From Hormiphora californensis (Eukaryota; Animalia; Ctenophora): a DNA stretch of 64,000 bases. Each line of letters opens with the position of its first letter. Position 1 is the first letter of the stretch. Below are positions 12,494 through 30,488 of the stretch, piece by piece. The DNA is taken from the NCBI GenBank assembly GCA_020137815.1, contig CM035357.1, positions 6,076,001-6,140,000 of the forward strand, read 5' to 3'. The notes beneath the pieces were generated by a model, which saw only the letters and a program-made list of their open reading frames with translations, was not told the DNA's origin and did no database searches. A program made the position numbers and the translations under genes.

Positions 12494-14964
12494 TCGAGCC
12501 AAGCTGAAAATCCTGGGAAGTCAGTTTCATGTCCCAAACATGATAGGAGACCTTCTCACAACAGTACCACCTCTTGCAGTCACCTTGAGGATTCTGACGA
12601 TCAAATTTGTGCTGAAAGGGTTGCTAGCTGAGGATAGCATCAGTGCCAAACTTCTACAAATTGACTCGGAACCGTACCATAAGTTCGCACATCATCTAAC
12701 CATGACCAAATGCTATCTCCGATGGGTGGAGGACCAGGATCAGGAGAGTACAGATGCTAATGTTCCGGCAGCTACGAGAAGAAGGAGCTTTCTCAGAAGA
12801 TGTGACTTGATAAACTATGAGCGAGATCAGCTATTGTACACCACACTTCTTATCGATTTTGTTTGATTATCTGAGCTCCTGACCTGCACCGTTTGTAACG
12901 GCGATTTTTGTACACACTCTGCTTTGATGGAGAAGCACAGCAATGCTTTCACACAGTGGTGTGAGAGTAATGGACTGACAGATGCAGCATGTCCCTCAGC
13001 GAGTGTGATGAAGGCAGTAGAGTGTCTGCTAAATGATGCTGCGTGCCAGAGCCGCGGTAACAGTTTTGATTCATCAAGAGTTACTGCAGCTAAACTCAAC
13101 ACGAAGAATAAGCCTGAGTTGATTAATATGATCCAGAATTATGCCTGGTTTTGTCACATGGTGGTCCTGCCATATGTTGTTGAAGTGGACGCTCACCTGT
13201 TCAATGAGACGACAAAAAAGCTAGAGGAAACAGAGAACAAGCTGGAAGAGGTCACAGGGAAGATCAATTCCATGCAAGAGACCGTTATTAAGTCTCAGGA
13301 AGCGCTGTTAACTTGTCAAGAGACAGTGATAACTCTCCAGGGCTCTCTTCTCTCTGAGAAGAGCAAGAAGATTGAAGATACGATGTCTTCTGTCAAAGAA
13401 GAACTGAAGGGCTATGCAGCAGTTGTTAAGAAGAGCTGCACTGCCTCGCTTGCACCTAGGAAGCTACAAGCAGCCATGGTGAAGGCGTCCAGTGTGGAGG
13501 ACAGATCCAGCAACTTGATTATCTACGGGTTGACGGAGTTTGTTGGAGAGGAGACGACTGAGGATGTTGTTCTGAATGTTTTGGAACACACAAACGAGAA
13601 GCCGAAACTGGTAAGCTGTAGGAGGCTTGGCGAGAAGAAGGAAGGGAAGAAGCGGCCTGTCAAGTTGGTACTTCACAACCGAGATATGGTACGCTCCATT
13701 CTGGCAAGGTCTGGAATGCTGAGAGAAGTGGAGGGAATGGAAGATGTGTACATTTGTCCAGATAGGACTGTTGAAGAGAGAAGTGAGAGAAAGAGACTCG
13801 TTTCTAAGTTGAAGCAGCAGAGAGAGACTGAGCCACACGTTAAGTGGGGTATTGCGAGAGGTAGTGTGATTAGAAGAGATGAGAAGAAATGAGACAGACA
13901 ATTCATATTAATTTCTATACAATATTATTTGATTTAGAGTGTTTCGGCGGTGTAAGCGCTCATTCGGTGAGCCTGCCTCGTTCTTGTGGGTACATGATAT
14001 TGTTTCAGTATTCATTTGAACGTTCAAAATCAAAATCAAAGGAGAAATAGACGACTACGGATACAAACTGTGGGATCATACCGTCAAACAACAAATGGAA
14101 CACCTTTTCAAAACCGATGAATATACGCTGGAACCTAGTCACACGGTGGAGGACTTGAGAAGACTGGTCAACACAAGGGAAGTTGTTCTCACCCCTCTTC
14201 TCCATCGAGCTCTCAGTAGAGGAGAATCTACGGCGATTATCGACTTCACTCACGGTCATAATCTACGTTTTCAGAACTTTGCGTTCCGGTATCTGCAGCA
14301 TGACAGCACGGTGTCCGTTCCGACATGCCTAGAGTGTGGGTTGTTGCCCGACTCATCTTACCACAAACTATTTGAATGTGTATCTGCAGGGGCAGTGTCT
14401 GCTCTAAGACAGGAGCTCAGTTCTTTAGCCATCTACGAATTAAACTACCGTATCCCCTTAATATTTTGTCAAGACAAAAACGTGAAACGCAAGTTCAGAA
14501 TGCTAGTAGCACATATATTAGAGAATTCTACATTTGATGATAATCTATTGACGTAACGTAGCAGCTATCGTAAGTTTATACTTTATTTAGTAGGTAAATT
14601 AGTTATCCAAGCTTCATTGTCATAAATTAGTCTCTAAATATTCTTAAATTAGTCTTGAATTAGTCTTAATTAAGTCTTAAATTAGTCCTAAATTAGTCTT
14701 AAATTTTCTACTTATCTTAAATATTCGTCTTAAAATTTGAATTACGTGTGATTCCGTGAAAATAATCTTTTTCACTATTTTTACTATAGCCTAGTAATGT
14801 AGCTTTTCTCTACTACATTACATAGCTTAATTAACCATTATTACTATTGTTATCTTATTAACTTATTACATTAATTAACTAACTTATTACATTACTTAAT
14901 TTATTAACTGTATTAATCATTATCTGTTACAACTATTATATTACTACAGCACTAATATAATATA

Positions 14965-14995
<31 letters not shown>

Positions 14996-15132
14996 CTTAT
15001 CACTAAGTTTAGAGAAATCAAGAGCATAGAATCTAATCAGCAGTGAATCTTTTCAGTAGTTAATTCCGTATAGCTTACAAGAAAGAAGCGTTATGTATTA
15101 TGTATACAAGATTTAATAATAATAATAATAAT
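12494..15132 (+). mobile_element. Internally deleted non-LTR retrotransposon: upstream ORF, intact ORF1, ORF2 C-terminal remnant only
   Basis: TSD AATACGC at 12487-12493 and 15133-15139; (TAA)n tail. ORF 14095-14556 has a CxxC-x7-H-x4-C knuckle. No endonuclease or RT motifs seen. Confidence 0.75.
12927..13892 (+). CDS. LINE ORF1p (coiled coil plus RRM-like region)
   Basis: Heptad coiled coil followed by RSSNLIIYGLTE...RRLG...RPVKL...VYICPDRT, typical of CR1/L2/Jockey-group ORF1. Confidence 0.8.
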   Translation: MEKHSNAFTQWCESNGLTDAACPSASVMKAVECLLNDAACQSRGNSFDSSRVTAAKLNTKNKPELINMIQNYAWFCHMVVLPYVVEVDAHLFNETTKKLEETENKLEEVTGKINSMQETVIKSQEALLTCQETVITLQGSLLSEKSKKIEDTMSSVKEELKGYAAVVKKSCTASLAPRKLQAAMVKASSVEDRSSNLIIYGLTEFVGEETTEDVVLNVLEHTNEKPKLVSCRRLGEKKEGKKRPVKLVLHNRDMVRSILARSGMLREVEGMEDVYICPDRTVEERSERKRLVSKLKQQRETEPHVKWGIARGSVIRRDEKK

Positions 15133-15343
15133 AATACGCATAACGATCTCACTGGAGAGATTCACATGCGCAACGTTGCGGGATGAGCAGCCAGTTCGTT
15201 GTTGTTTCGCTTACACTTTAACGTGTGGTGTGCGCGTCAAAATTGATAAATTTCACATGCGCGGTCATTTTGGGGTGACAGTTTCAAAAAATCCGACTTT
15301 AAAATGGACCCACCGACAAGCCTGAAAAGTGAAATTATCCTCC

Positions 15344-20829
<5,486 letters not shown>

Positions 20830-21762
20830 GTAAGAAATGAAACGACCTATTTTATTTGTTTTATTTTTCATCGCGACATTTATAATTATAGTGCTAAGTG
20901 CACTATAGTCTGTATTTTATGACGTATGTCACCACCTATTCAAGTAGTATACATGGTATACATGAATAAGATATGGTATTGTAAGATCGCTTCGTTACAG
21001 CAATCGTTATGAATTGAATGATCCAAATGTCTGTCAGTTGACTGCAAAATGACACAGTTTAATTTTATTACAGTCATTGATTAGCCACATCGTTCCATGT
21101 AATCGCTGTCTCACATTATCATAAGATCAAAGATGTCTTTGTCCGTCCCCGCTCATCTCACATCTCTTCTAAGTTCTAGGTAACACACCAATGCTTCTGT
21201 CACAATACACCTGGAGTTGATAGGTTGTTTGTGTTAATCCCGCATCTAGAACAATAACAATTCTTGCTCAGATCTCATTCACAATAATATAACAGTCATG
21301 ATCTTTCTAGTAAAATTCGGTGAGGCGTAAAATATACTTTTCTGGGAATATAATTAGATTCCGTTATGGGACTGTGACACTTTATAAACATGTTATTATT
21401 ACATAGAGATAAGGGGGCCTTTAGTTTCCATGACAACAAATGATTTGTGGTTTAAATGTCACGGTATTTTACTGAGACATAAAATGTGTCAGACACATAA
21501 AAATAGAATATTATGCTAGTATAATAGTAATATTATAGTAATATTATAGTAATATTATAGTAATATTATAGTAATATTATAACATGCCTAAGTTTCACAA
21601 CTACCCTACCATCACACTACAACTACATTTCACCCAGAGGAATAACCCATATTTATACTTTTTTTGAATCAATAAGTTGACCAATCGGCTGTTTTTGAGT
21701 TGCATACTTTTTCTACTGGTGTTTATGCCCTCTTCACTCTTCACTCCTTTACCCCTTTACCT

Positions 21763-23055
21763 GGAGGGTGAGATTCCTTCCCACGCCCTTGAGATGCAGG
21801 CCGCGGCTAATGTCTATTTTTTTAGATAGCAATAGTGTCCTACAGACCAGGCAGGGAATCTTCAGGGGTGACCCGGCATACCCCGGGGTAAACCATGAAG
21901 CTCTTGAACTGCCTGGAGCATCTCACATACCACTCCAAGGAAACAGAGCTGCCCTCCTTGGGTGGTGTGTTTTTCTCTCTTCCTTTCTCTTATCCGCTCA
22001 TGACTCATCTCTCTCTGAATAGAGATACCCCCGGCCGGTATTACACCATCTCCCCAGCCTTGTGCACTGGGCCAAAGTAGATGGCTAAATACCGGCCAAA
22101 ACCCGTCCTCCAGCAAAAGTCCAGGCTGGAGGAGGTCTAATCTCAACTGGCCCCCTCTACCTTCTGTCCACCTAGCCTCTGGACAGGTATAAAAGGTCTA
22201 ACAAGCTAGGTCATAACTGGTTAGCTACCACCGACTCTCGGCAAAATTCCCACGCCGAGGTCGAGATAAACTCAAGGGGTGTTTCCGTAGCCCAACAGGG
22301 AGAAACTACACTAACCAGTAGCCTCGCTACTACCTACGCTTCTTCAAAAGTCCATGAGAAGCGTAGGAGATTCCCAAATGGCGATTACCCCCCAAACGAT
22401 GAAGGTAACAAACCAACATCATCACTCTCTACCAACAAACAAGCCTCCACAAAAACCTGATCAACAAACAGAACAAACCACTATCCCATGCTACAAAACA
22501 AATTTCTATGAGTGACGCACATAGATACCTAACCCACTAAACATTTCACACGCCAGAGTTCCGTTAATTGGGAAGGAACCTGCCCTAACTACCCCATGAA
22601 CGGCCGGACGCTGCATCTGCATCACGAACAAAAAGTGATGTTCCATGAACCCACATGGAGTACTGATTACAAATCAGAGGTTGGCAGCGCAAAATCTACA
22701 AAGGTGCCATAGTCAATGGAGCGTCCGAATTGTCCTAGCCAAGGCCACATCTAGAGCGATCAATGCTGAGATGCCACTCACCAAGGGTCGCTGGAGATAT
22801 CCGAGACTGGCACAATGTGAAAACAGTGCTGGTGCGGTCCTCTTCATGGGACCTGTTAAGATAGTTATGGGAGACGATTCCACCCTTATCTCCAAAACCA
22901 TGGACATAAGACGGAGGAAGAAAACTCTCCCGGGGGAAAGAGGAAACTCTGGAACCTGAGCTCCGTCCTTCTCGGGCGTGAGGAACTGGCTGCCGGACGG
23001 GATAAAATCACAAGTAGAGGATTGGAAGCGGAGGCGCATACAACAACAACAACAA
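21763..23055 (+). mobile_element. Degenerate LINE insertion with (CAA)n tail
   Basis: Flanked by CCCCTTTACCT duplication (21752-21762 and 23056-23066). Disrupted frames include a CWCG knuckle remnant. Confidence 0.6.
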
Positions 23056-24019
23056 CCCCTTTACCTCTTAACCTCATTACCCCTTCACTACATTTACCCC
23101 TTTACCCATTTACCTCATTACCCCTTCACTACATTTACCCCTTCACTACATTTACCCCTGATCCTCAGAGATGACTAGTTTATTCCTCTTAAAGGTTGAC
23201 AAGATACCTAAAACTTTTCGTATATCGTCTTATTTTGATTTATCATTAATTTTCAGCATTTTTTCCCTGCCCGGGTGAATGCCGAAGGCATTCACCCGGA
23301 TGCCTTTTTGCTTTGCAAAAAGGCATAGCAGGGTTAGAATTCGAAAACGACATTTTGGTATACTAACTAATCGGTAGAGGGACCATTTTGGTCACACTTT
23401 AGTTGCGAGGGGCAACGGTGTAGCAACAAGAGCCGCGCACACAGTTACGAGCTGCTCCTTCATAAACCACTTCATTGGCACGTTTTCAGGAAATGTGTGG
23501 CGCGCAATGTGGCGGCGTGCCGCGCAATTTAGTGCTACTAAAACACAAGGATTTGCTCTATACTGTTTGTGTGATATATAAATAATCGGGATTTTGTGTC
23601 CCGCTTGCTGCTACAGCGGATCTGGTCATGATTTCCTTTCTTCATAGATTCACATGGCAGGGAAATTCAGCATTATGTTAGAACATAATGCAATTAATCT
23701 TGTTTCAGAATTTTTTGTCGGCTAGAAAAAAATTCGAAATAGGGGGTCTACCGATATTGTCAGCACTGATTTTACTGGGCACACTCACTGCGTCTCGCAA
23801 ATTGAAATTCACGTTTCCGGTTCCTCAAAAGATAGCTACTTGATCTTGGTTGCGTTGGATTGGTCTCAATAAGACCTTTCCAACGCTACCAAAACGGTTT
23901 CTGTATCTCATCAGGAACCGGAGATATTCCAGTATCAATTTTAAAAAGGGAACACTCATTTATCAGTAGACCCCCATAAACAAGGTAAACACGAGGTATT
24001 TTGGTACTTTGGAAAACAA

Positions 24020-25325
24020 ATTTACCGTAGCTTTCAATTACACTGGGGTAATCTTCATCAGCGGAAAGGGTGAATGGGTTGAGTGGTGGGTATAAATACC
24101 CAGGGTGTGATTGGATTGGGTGACAGGGTGGAGACGAGATAGGGTGGTGAGCTGGGTTGTTGTGGTATGATGAGAGGGGGGATGAGAGCAGGGAGGGAGA
24201 GGGGGGCTACAGCTATGATACGTGAGACGGGTTAGTGGCAGGGGGAGTGGGGACGGAGGGAGACTGGAAGGCGGGGATATTGGCACTACGGGGGTTGAAG
24301 GAGGATGCAACAATGGGGAGGATGGGGTCCCATTGCTGGCTGACGGAAGGAGCTTTGGAAGTCCGGTTGAGCGAGGGCTGGAGGGTCTGGATGGCCGCCT
24401 GTTCTAACATGTCTAGATGGGCCGATGATGCCGCAGTAGACAGGATCTCCGTAGCACTCCAGTTGATCTCGTGATCGGTGTGGAGAGCGTGGAGAGCTGC
24501 TCCTGATTTAATATTCCCAGTGATGAGGTCGACGGGGTTTTTGAGTCTGTATGAGGCCTCGTGTTCTTTAATGCGGACTTGTACTGGCCTTTTAGTCTGT
24601 CCGATGTAGCTGGCTGGACAGTCCTGACATGGGATCCTGTATATGACGTTCTGCGTGAGTTGAGGCGGGAGCGGGGATTTGGTCTTGGAGAGGAGAGAGC
24701 GGAGGTTCGGAGAGGAGGTGTAGGTGACGTCGATGGAGTATTTCCGTAAAGTCTGTTTGATCTGGGGCGCCAGGGAGGGATGGTACGGAATGAAGACTCT
24801 TTCGTTAGAGGTAGCTGATGATGAACGAGGAGCTGATGATGAACGAGGAGGACGGGGTCGGTTGAGCCTGTGTTTGACGTCATCCATTACTGATCTGACG
24901 ATGTGGCTAGGGAATCCATTGGCCAGGCAGATGGAGTATACCGTGTAGAGTTCCTCTTGGAGATGCTGACTGGAACAGAGGTTGTATGCTCTGCGGGTGA
25001 GTGACCGGATAACTGCGTTCTTGGTGGCCGGAGAGGACGAGGAGGAGTGTTTGACATACAGGTTTGTGTGGGTCGGCTTCCTGTAGATCGAGGTGGAGAG
25101 GTCGGCGTGGATCAGGACATCAAGGAACGGAAGGGAGCCATCTGGCTTGGGGTGTTCGATGGTGTACTGAAGGTCCTTACTGAGAGAGTTGATGTGACGC
25201 TGGAAGGATTCTGCATGTTGGGCGTCTCTGGCTGCTCCAATACCATCATCCACAAAATGGCGGTATGAATGGATCGGATCTGGTGCGGTGGTGAGTGCCA
25301 GGTTCTCAATGTCTGCAGTTCGAAT
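24020..25325 (-). mobile_element. 5'-truncated Penelope-like retroelement (RT C-terminal half plus GIY-YIG endonuclease)
   Basis: ORF 24213-25337: RHFVDD, LPFLDV, YRKPTHT, VIYRIPCQDCPASYIGQT..RIKEH. Confidence 0.92.
24024..24068 (-). ncRNA. Minimal hammerhead ribozyme in Penelope 3' pLTR
   Basis: ccg CTGATGA a gattac-cccagt-gtaatt GAAA gcta cgg: full core, stem II, palindromic AGCT stem III, ccg/cgg stem I. Confidence 0.75.
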
Positions 25326-25566
25326 CTCGGCCCCCATTTTTGAACATATTTCTAGCCGACAAAAAATTCTGAAAAAATGCTGAAAATTAATGATAAATCA
25401 AAATAAGACGATATACGAAAAGTTTTAGGTATCTTGTCAACCTTTAAGATCATGCCATGCTCATCACCACCCCCCTCGTGTCTGATCAGGTGCCGATTGG
25501 GGGCATTGTCGGTGTTTTGAGGCTCGTGTTGCCCTCGGGATCGCGTTGCAGCGGTGCCTCCACAGT

Positions 25567-25666
25567 ATAGATAATTGGGTAAAGGCAAAAGCGTCAAAAT
25601 ACCGATAATGCCTACACCAAGGCATTATCGGTGTTTTGACGCTTTTGCCTTTACCCAATTATCTAT
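25567..25666. repeat. ~100-bp hairpin (MITE-like)
   Basis: atagataattgggtaaaggc...gcctttacccaattatctat. Confidence 0.8.
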
Positions 25667-25898
25667 GCCGTTACTCCCCAAAGGCATTATTGCTCAAAGG
25701 CATTATTGTATGCTACCGTGTGAACTGCATGCCGTGATTTCTAGTCGCGAGCGCGCTCGCCAGACTAGAAAATACGCCAAGGACGATGAACAAGCATGCT
25801 GCTCAGTCTTTTAGGTTAAGGAAAAAATGTAAGGATACCATGCAATAGCTGGCACTCTTGCCGTCACCCTCGTTAAAGTCCCGTGAAAAACGGAGCAG

Positions 25899-26038
25899 TA
25901 TAGGGATCCCTAAAAAATTTAAGCCAATCACAGCGCACATTTCGAAATTTTTATTCTTATGCTACCGTGGGAAAAACCGTAATGGCTTAACTGGTGTAAA
26001 CGCTGTGTAAATACGGAACTTTTTTAGGGATCCCTATA
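25899..26038. mobile_element. Small MITE
   Basis: TATAGGGATCCCTAAAAAA / TTTTTAGGGATCCCTATA termini. Confidence 0.6.
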
Positions 26039-26608
26039 CAAGCAAACTGATACCCATTCTCCTCTACTCGCGTGACCCTGATTCAGCAGTTGGAGACACC
26101 AACTCTTTAGGGGGCCATATCTCAGGAAAAATCGCCGTCAAACGAGGCACGTAGTTTTTAATCAAGTTTACCACTGTACCGGCCGTTTAACTCTCCGACC
26201 TAAAACAAAAATCTGATCCTCAACAACCTTCAAAATAATGGGATTCGCATCTCGCATGCCGTGATGCATGCTGTGATGTGGCTATTGACACGCTCGCATT
26301 CAACTCTTTTCACACAGCAGCTGTAGAACACGCCGGGACAGATCGAGGAATAGAGAGAGGGTCGGTGTCGAATCAAATGTTTCTTGATCTACTCAATCTC
26401 ACAGCTATCCTGCCCCTCATCTACTCCATCTCTCGACTACCATACCCCTCATCTACTCCATCTCTCGACGCTCAGTGGTGCAGGGTGGACGGTGGTGTCC
26501 ATTACCCTGGTCTCGAAATAAAACCTGTTTTTATTCTCATATGATATCTTAGTTGTCAGCTTTACTTTTAGTCCGCCTTTGCGCTTGCCAGCACAATGAT
26601 CTATACTT

Positions 26609-27516
26609 TTATTGGTTATGGCCACCTAATGTATGAGATACTCCAAAAAAAATTTTAAATCTCCGTTGGTTGCATAGATTATATTTTCATGGATCAGTAT
26701 TCATAATTGGTGTTACCAGTTTTATCACACTTTGGTGCATCACTTGACCACGATCCACCCGCCTGACAAAGTAGTGTTTCACTTCCAACTAGAATATGGG
26801 CGGCGGCACATTCGATAGTGACTGTTGTTCCTGTTGGCGTGGTTGTCCAGCTTCCTTGTGTTGATCCCTCAACAGTAAAAGAAGGACACTCATCCGATCC
26901 TGAATGTAAAGAGTTTAGGCATGTGTTATGGAAAGATTATATAAGCCGTTACAATGTGTACCCCAAGCTGGTTGAACCATGTTTCCAAGCTTGGTTGATA
27001 TCTATTATGCACTGAACTATTAACAAACAAGCCAAACTCATCTCATACCACTCCCATTACAATCAGTGGCATACTTTTGTAGTGGCACACTTTCACCCTT
27101 ACCTGCTCTGTAGAAGTCAGATGCTGTGTTTCTGTTGTTTCGAAACGTGATCGTATCCACAACATCACCACGCCACCTATTGCAGTTGCTGTTGTGACTA
27201 TCTGCAAACAGGAAGTTCACCACCTCAACACTATTAAATGTGATGATGAGTGCGGTCCCTGTTTTCGCTATCGTCCAGATATTATCCACCCCCACCGGGG
27301 GTTGTACTGGTAGATCTGGGTAGCTCTCGGTGCAGTAGTGTATATTATACTTCATTGGGGAGGAAAACACCAAACCCACATAACCGATGTTGGTATTACC
27401 GTAGATATCTACCCAGATCTCCTCATCACTGCCCTTTGTAGAATTCGTCCAGATTTGTAGAGGTGTTTCCTCCAGGTCCCAGGGTATCTTCTTTCCCTGC
27501 TCTACAGCTGTCCAGT
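26609..27516 (-). CDS. Nested gene for an extracellular protein: ~137-aa Trp/Cys beta-rich domain plus one sushi/CCP domain (exons 27516-27103, 26899-26717, 26625-26609); first exon not located
   Basis: CPSFTVEG...VTIECAAAHILVGSETLLCQAGGSWSSDAPKC fits the CCP consensus. Phase-1 introns. Confidence 0.65.
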
Positions 27517-27562
27517 CTGAAAAGAAATTACGTAATTTGACCATCTTCCACTAAATACTATA

Positions 27563-27925
27563 AACTCGGACCCCGATTTACCGGGATGTTCGGGGGAAAG
27601 GGTTTTGCCCCGGTATAGGAAAATTACATTATTTCACCCCGATAAACCTTGGTGATACAGTCACCTTGTTGACACAGTCACCCCTACACTAGCCGCACGC
27701 AGTGCGGCTAAACGAAGCCCGTGAAGCGGGCTGAATGTTAGCACGGGGAGGACTCAAAAAAAAGAAAAAAAAGCGGGCTGAATGTATTATTACATACTAG
27801 GGGATTTCATCACCAAGGTTTATCGGGGTGAAATAATGTAATTTTCCTATACCGGGGGAAGTTTATCCTCCCGGTAAATCGGGGTTCCGGTATATCGGGG
27901 CCCGGTAATTCGGGGTCCGCGACTG
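27563..27925. mobile_element. pogo/Tigger-like MITE (CCGG motif variant) with nested palindromic insertion 27614-27851
   Basis: GGACCCCGATTTACCGG...CGGGGTCCGCGACTG-TA. Internal element has ~45-bp TIRs. Confidence 0.65.
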
Positions 27926-28279
27926 TATAATGTAGTACAAAATATATAATTTGGGTCGCGGACTCTAAGTCTAACGGACTCCAGGTCTAAAATCTACGAT
28001 CACACTACTTATGCCACAAGTGGCATAAAGTGTTCCTTGGATCAAAAGAAACAAGTTGGTGAAGCTTGCACGTGCATGCGCGTTCCTGGTTATGAACGAA
28101 TTTCAAAAACAACATAGAGACGTCATCTTTTCAGTTTTCACCAAACTTTTAATTAGACACCAAGGAATGTAACAAACAATAGGTTTAGACATTATTCCAA
28201 ATTTCGTTTTCATGCACCTCTCACTTTAAACTACATTTATTTATTTAGACTTAGGCTTAGCTTCCCCTTGTTTTAGACT

Positions 28280-29572
28280 TGGGGAGGGGGGGGGTTCAAC
28301 CCTAAAAATTTTGATCGATACCCACTTTTTTGGTAAATCGAAATTATATTTTCGAAATTTTTCGAAAATCTACGAAATTTTTCGAAATTGATGGCAATTC
28401 TTGCCAAGTATTGTTATTGCACAAAACAAGGCAATTCGAAATTGTTGATAAATCGAAATTTTTCGAAATTTTTCGAAACTTTTCGCAATGATTGGTCATT
28501 CGAAATTTTCGAAATTCTTCGAAATGGATGGTAAATCGAAATTTTTCGAAACTTTTCGAAATTTTTCGAAACTGATGCATCATGATGGCAGTTCGCATTT
28601 TGCGAAATTGTTGGTAAATCGAAACTTTTCGAAACTTTTCGAAATTTTTCGAAATTACAGTCGGACCCCGATTTAGTGGCATCCTCGGGGGAAAAAATTC
28701 CTGCCACTAAATCGGGGTGCCACTAAATCGAGGTGAGCCATATTTGGCCCATAAAAACCTATTTTATGCCCAAAATGCTATACTAAAACTAAAGACACCT
28801 CTAACTGTTATATGCAATGTTCATGTATTGTTGACATGATCATTTCTGATTAGAAATAGAAAACTATAAAATAATTTTTTCAAAAAATTGTGAAAAATTT
28901 TCTAAGTCATACCGGCCCGTCCGATTTGTGTTTCGAATCGGTGCAGCTTACTGGATATCCTGTCTAAGTAATTAGCGGGTTCGAAACGAACCGATACGTG
29001 ATACCATGCCGAATTGGGGCACCCTAAGCAGGTGAGGAAGTATCAAAATTTCAAAATAACTTTTTCTCTCAAAATTTATGGGGAGCACCGATCAAAGCAT
29101 TGGCAATCTTACTGTAAAATTTTGCAAAAAAAGGTTTTAAAATTTTTAAAGGTATACCAGCCACGTCCGAATCGTGTTTCGAATCGGTGCATCTTATCGC
29201 ATGTCCTGCTACTAATTAGACGGTTCGGGACGAATTGAAACATGATCCCCATCGAATCGAAATTTTGACGCTTGGTGAACTTGTGATTCAATGGCCCCAT
29301 GGGGATCACGTATCGGTTCGTTCCGAACCGTCTAATTAGCAGCAGGACATGCGATAAGATTCACTGATTCGAAAAACGATTCGGACGTGGCTGGTGTTTC
29401 TTTGAAAAATTTTCAAAAAAATTTCACAAAAAAATTCAAAAAAATTTTTGGGGGAAAAAAATCCTGCCACTAAATCGGGGTGCCACTAAATCGGGGGCCA
29501 CTAAATCGGGAACCGACTGTAATCGAAATTAATCGAAATTTTTCGAAATTTTTCGAAGTTTGGGGGGGGGGA
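28280..29572. mobile_element. Poly-G-terminated element with TTTCGAAA subterminal repeats, split by a MITE
   Basis: GGGG..TTCAACCCTAAAAA start. The repeat array resumes at 29521 after the nested MITE. Confidence 0.55.
28658..29519. mobile_element. pogo/Tigger-like non-autonomous element (GTGG motif variant)
   Basis: TA-CAGTCGGACCCCGATTTAGTGG...CCGACTG-TA. Confidence 0.8.
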
Positions 29573-29585
29573 AGTAATTTTGATA

Positions 29586-30383
29586 CAGTCGGACCCCGAT
29601 TTAGTGGCATCCTCGGGGGAAAAAATCCTGCCACTAAATCGGGGTGAGCCCATAAAAACCTATTTTATGCCCGAAATGCTATACTATGTAATACTAAAGA
29701 CACCTCTAACTGTTATATGCAATATTCATGTATTGATGACATGATCATTTCTGATTAGAAAAAGAAAACTATAAAATAAATTTTTCAAAAAAAATTGTGA
29801 AAAATTCTCTAAGTTAAACCAGCCCGTCCTATATGTGTTTCGAATCGGTGCAGCTTACTGGATGTCCTGTCGCTAATTAGCGGATTCGAAACGAACGGAT
29901 ACGTGATACCATGCCGAATCGAGGAAGTATCAAAATTTCAAAATAACTTTTTCTCTCAAAATTTATGGGGAGCACCGATCAAAGCATTGACAATCGTATT
30001 GTAAAATTTTGAAAAAAAGAGATTTAAATTTTTTTTAAAGGTATACCAGCCACGTCCGAGTCTTGTTTCGAATCGGTGCATCTTGTCGTATGTCCTGCTG
30101 CTGGTTAGACGGTTCGGAACGAACCGATACGTGATCCCCGTGGGGCCATTGAATCACAAGTTTACCAAGCGTTAAAATTTCGATTCGATGGGGATCACGT
30201 TTCTGTTCGTTCCGGGCCGTCTGATTGGCGGCGGGATGCGCCGATTCGAAACACGATTCGAGTGTGGCTGGTATTCCTTTGAAAAATTTTCGAAAAAAAT
30301 TCAAAAAAAAAAATTCAAAAAAAAATCCTGCCACTAAATCGAGGTGCCACTAAATCGGGGGCCACTAAATCGGGGTCCGACTG
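29586..30383. mobile_element. Second copy of the same pogo-like element
   Basis: Same TIRs and TA TSD; internal region homologous to 28658-29519. Confidence 0.8.
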
Positions 30384-30488
30384 TATCTCCTTCTGGTGAT
30401 CAACACACACACGCCCTCTGTACAACAGTTTAATGGGGAATCTCACACATACACGGGCAGAACTCGATTAAGGAGAGATTAATTAGTA

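Larger units (their letters stand above)
12103..15300. mobile_element. Foldback DNA element(s) with AAGTCGGATTTTTTGAAACTGTCACCC repeats, interrupted by a LINE
   Basis: Motif at ~12103 and ~12356, inverse copies at ~12300-12325 and ~15272-15300. Arms 12415-12470 and 15187-15235 are inverted. Confidence 0.65.
23193..25443. mobile_element. Kolobok-like non-autonomous DNA transposon containing nested insertions
   Basis: ~70-bp TIRs AGGTTGACAAGATACC...GGTATCTTGTCAACCT with TTAA on both sides. A further small TIR element lies at ~23265-23663. Confidence 0.75.

Noticed and set aside
13464-13906. Antisense ORFs over LINE ORF1
   Set aside because: Shadow ORFs with no independent support.
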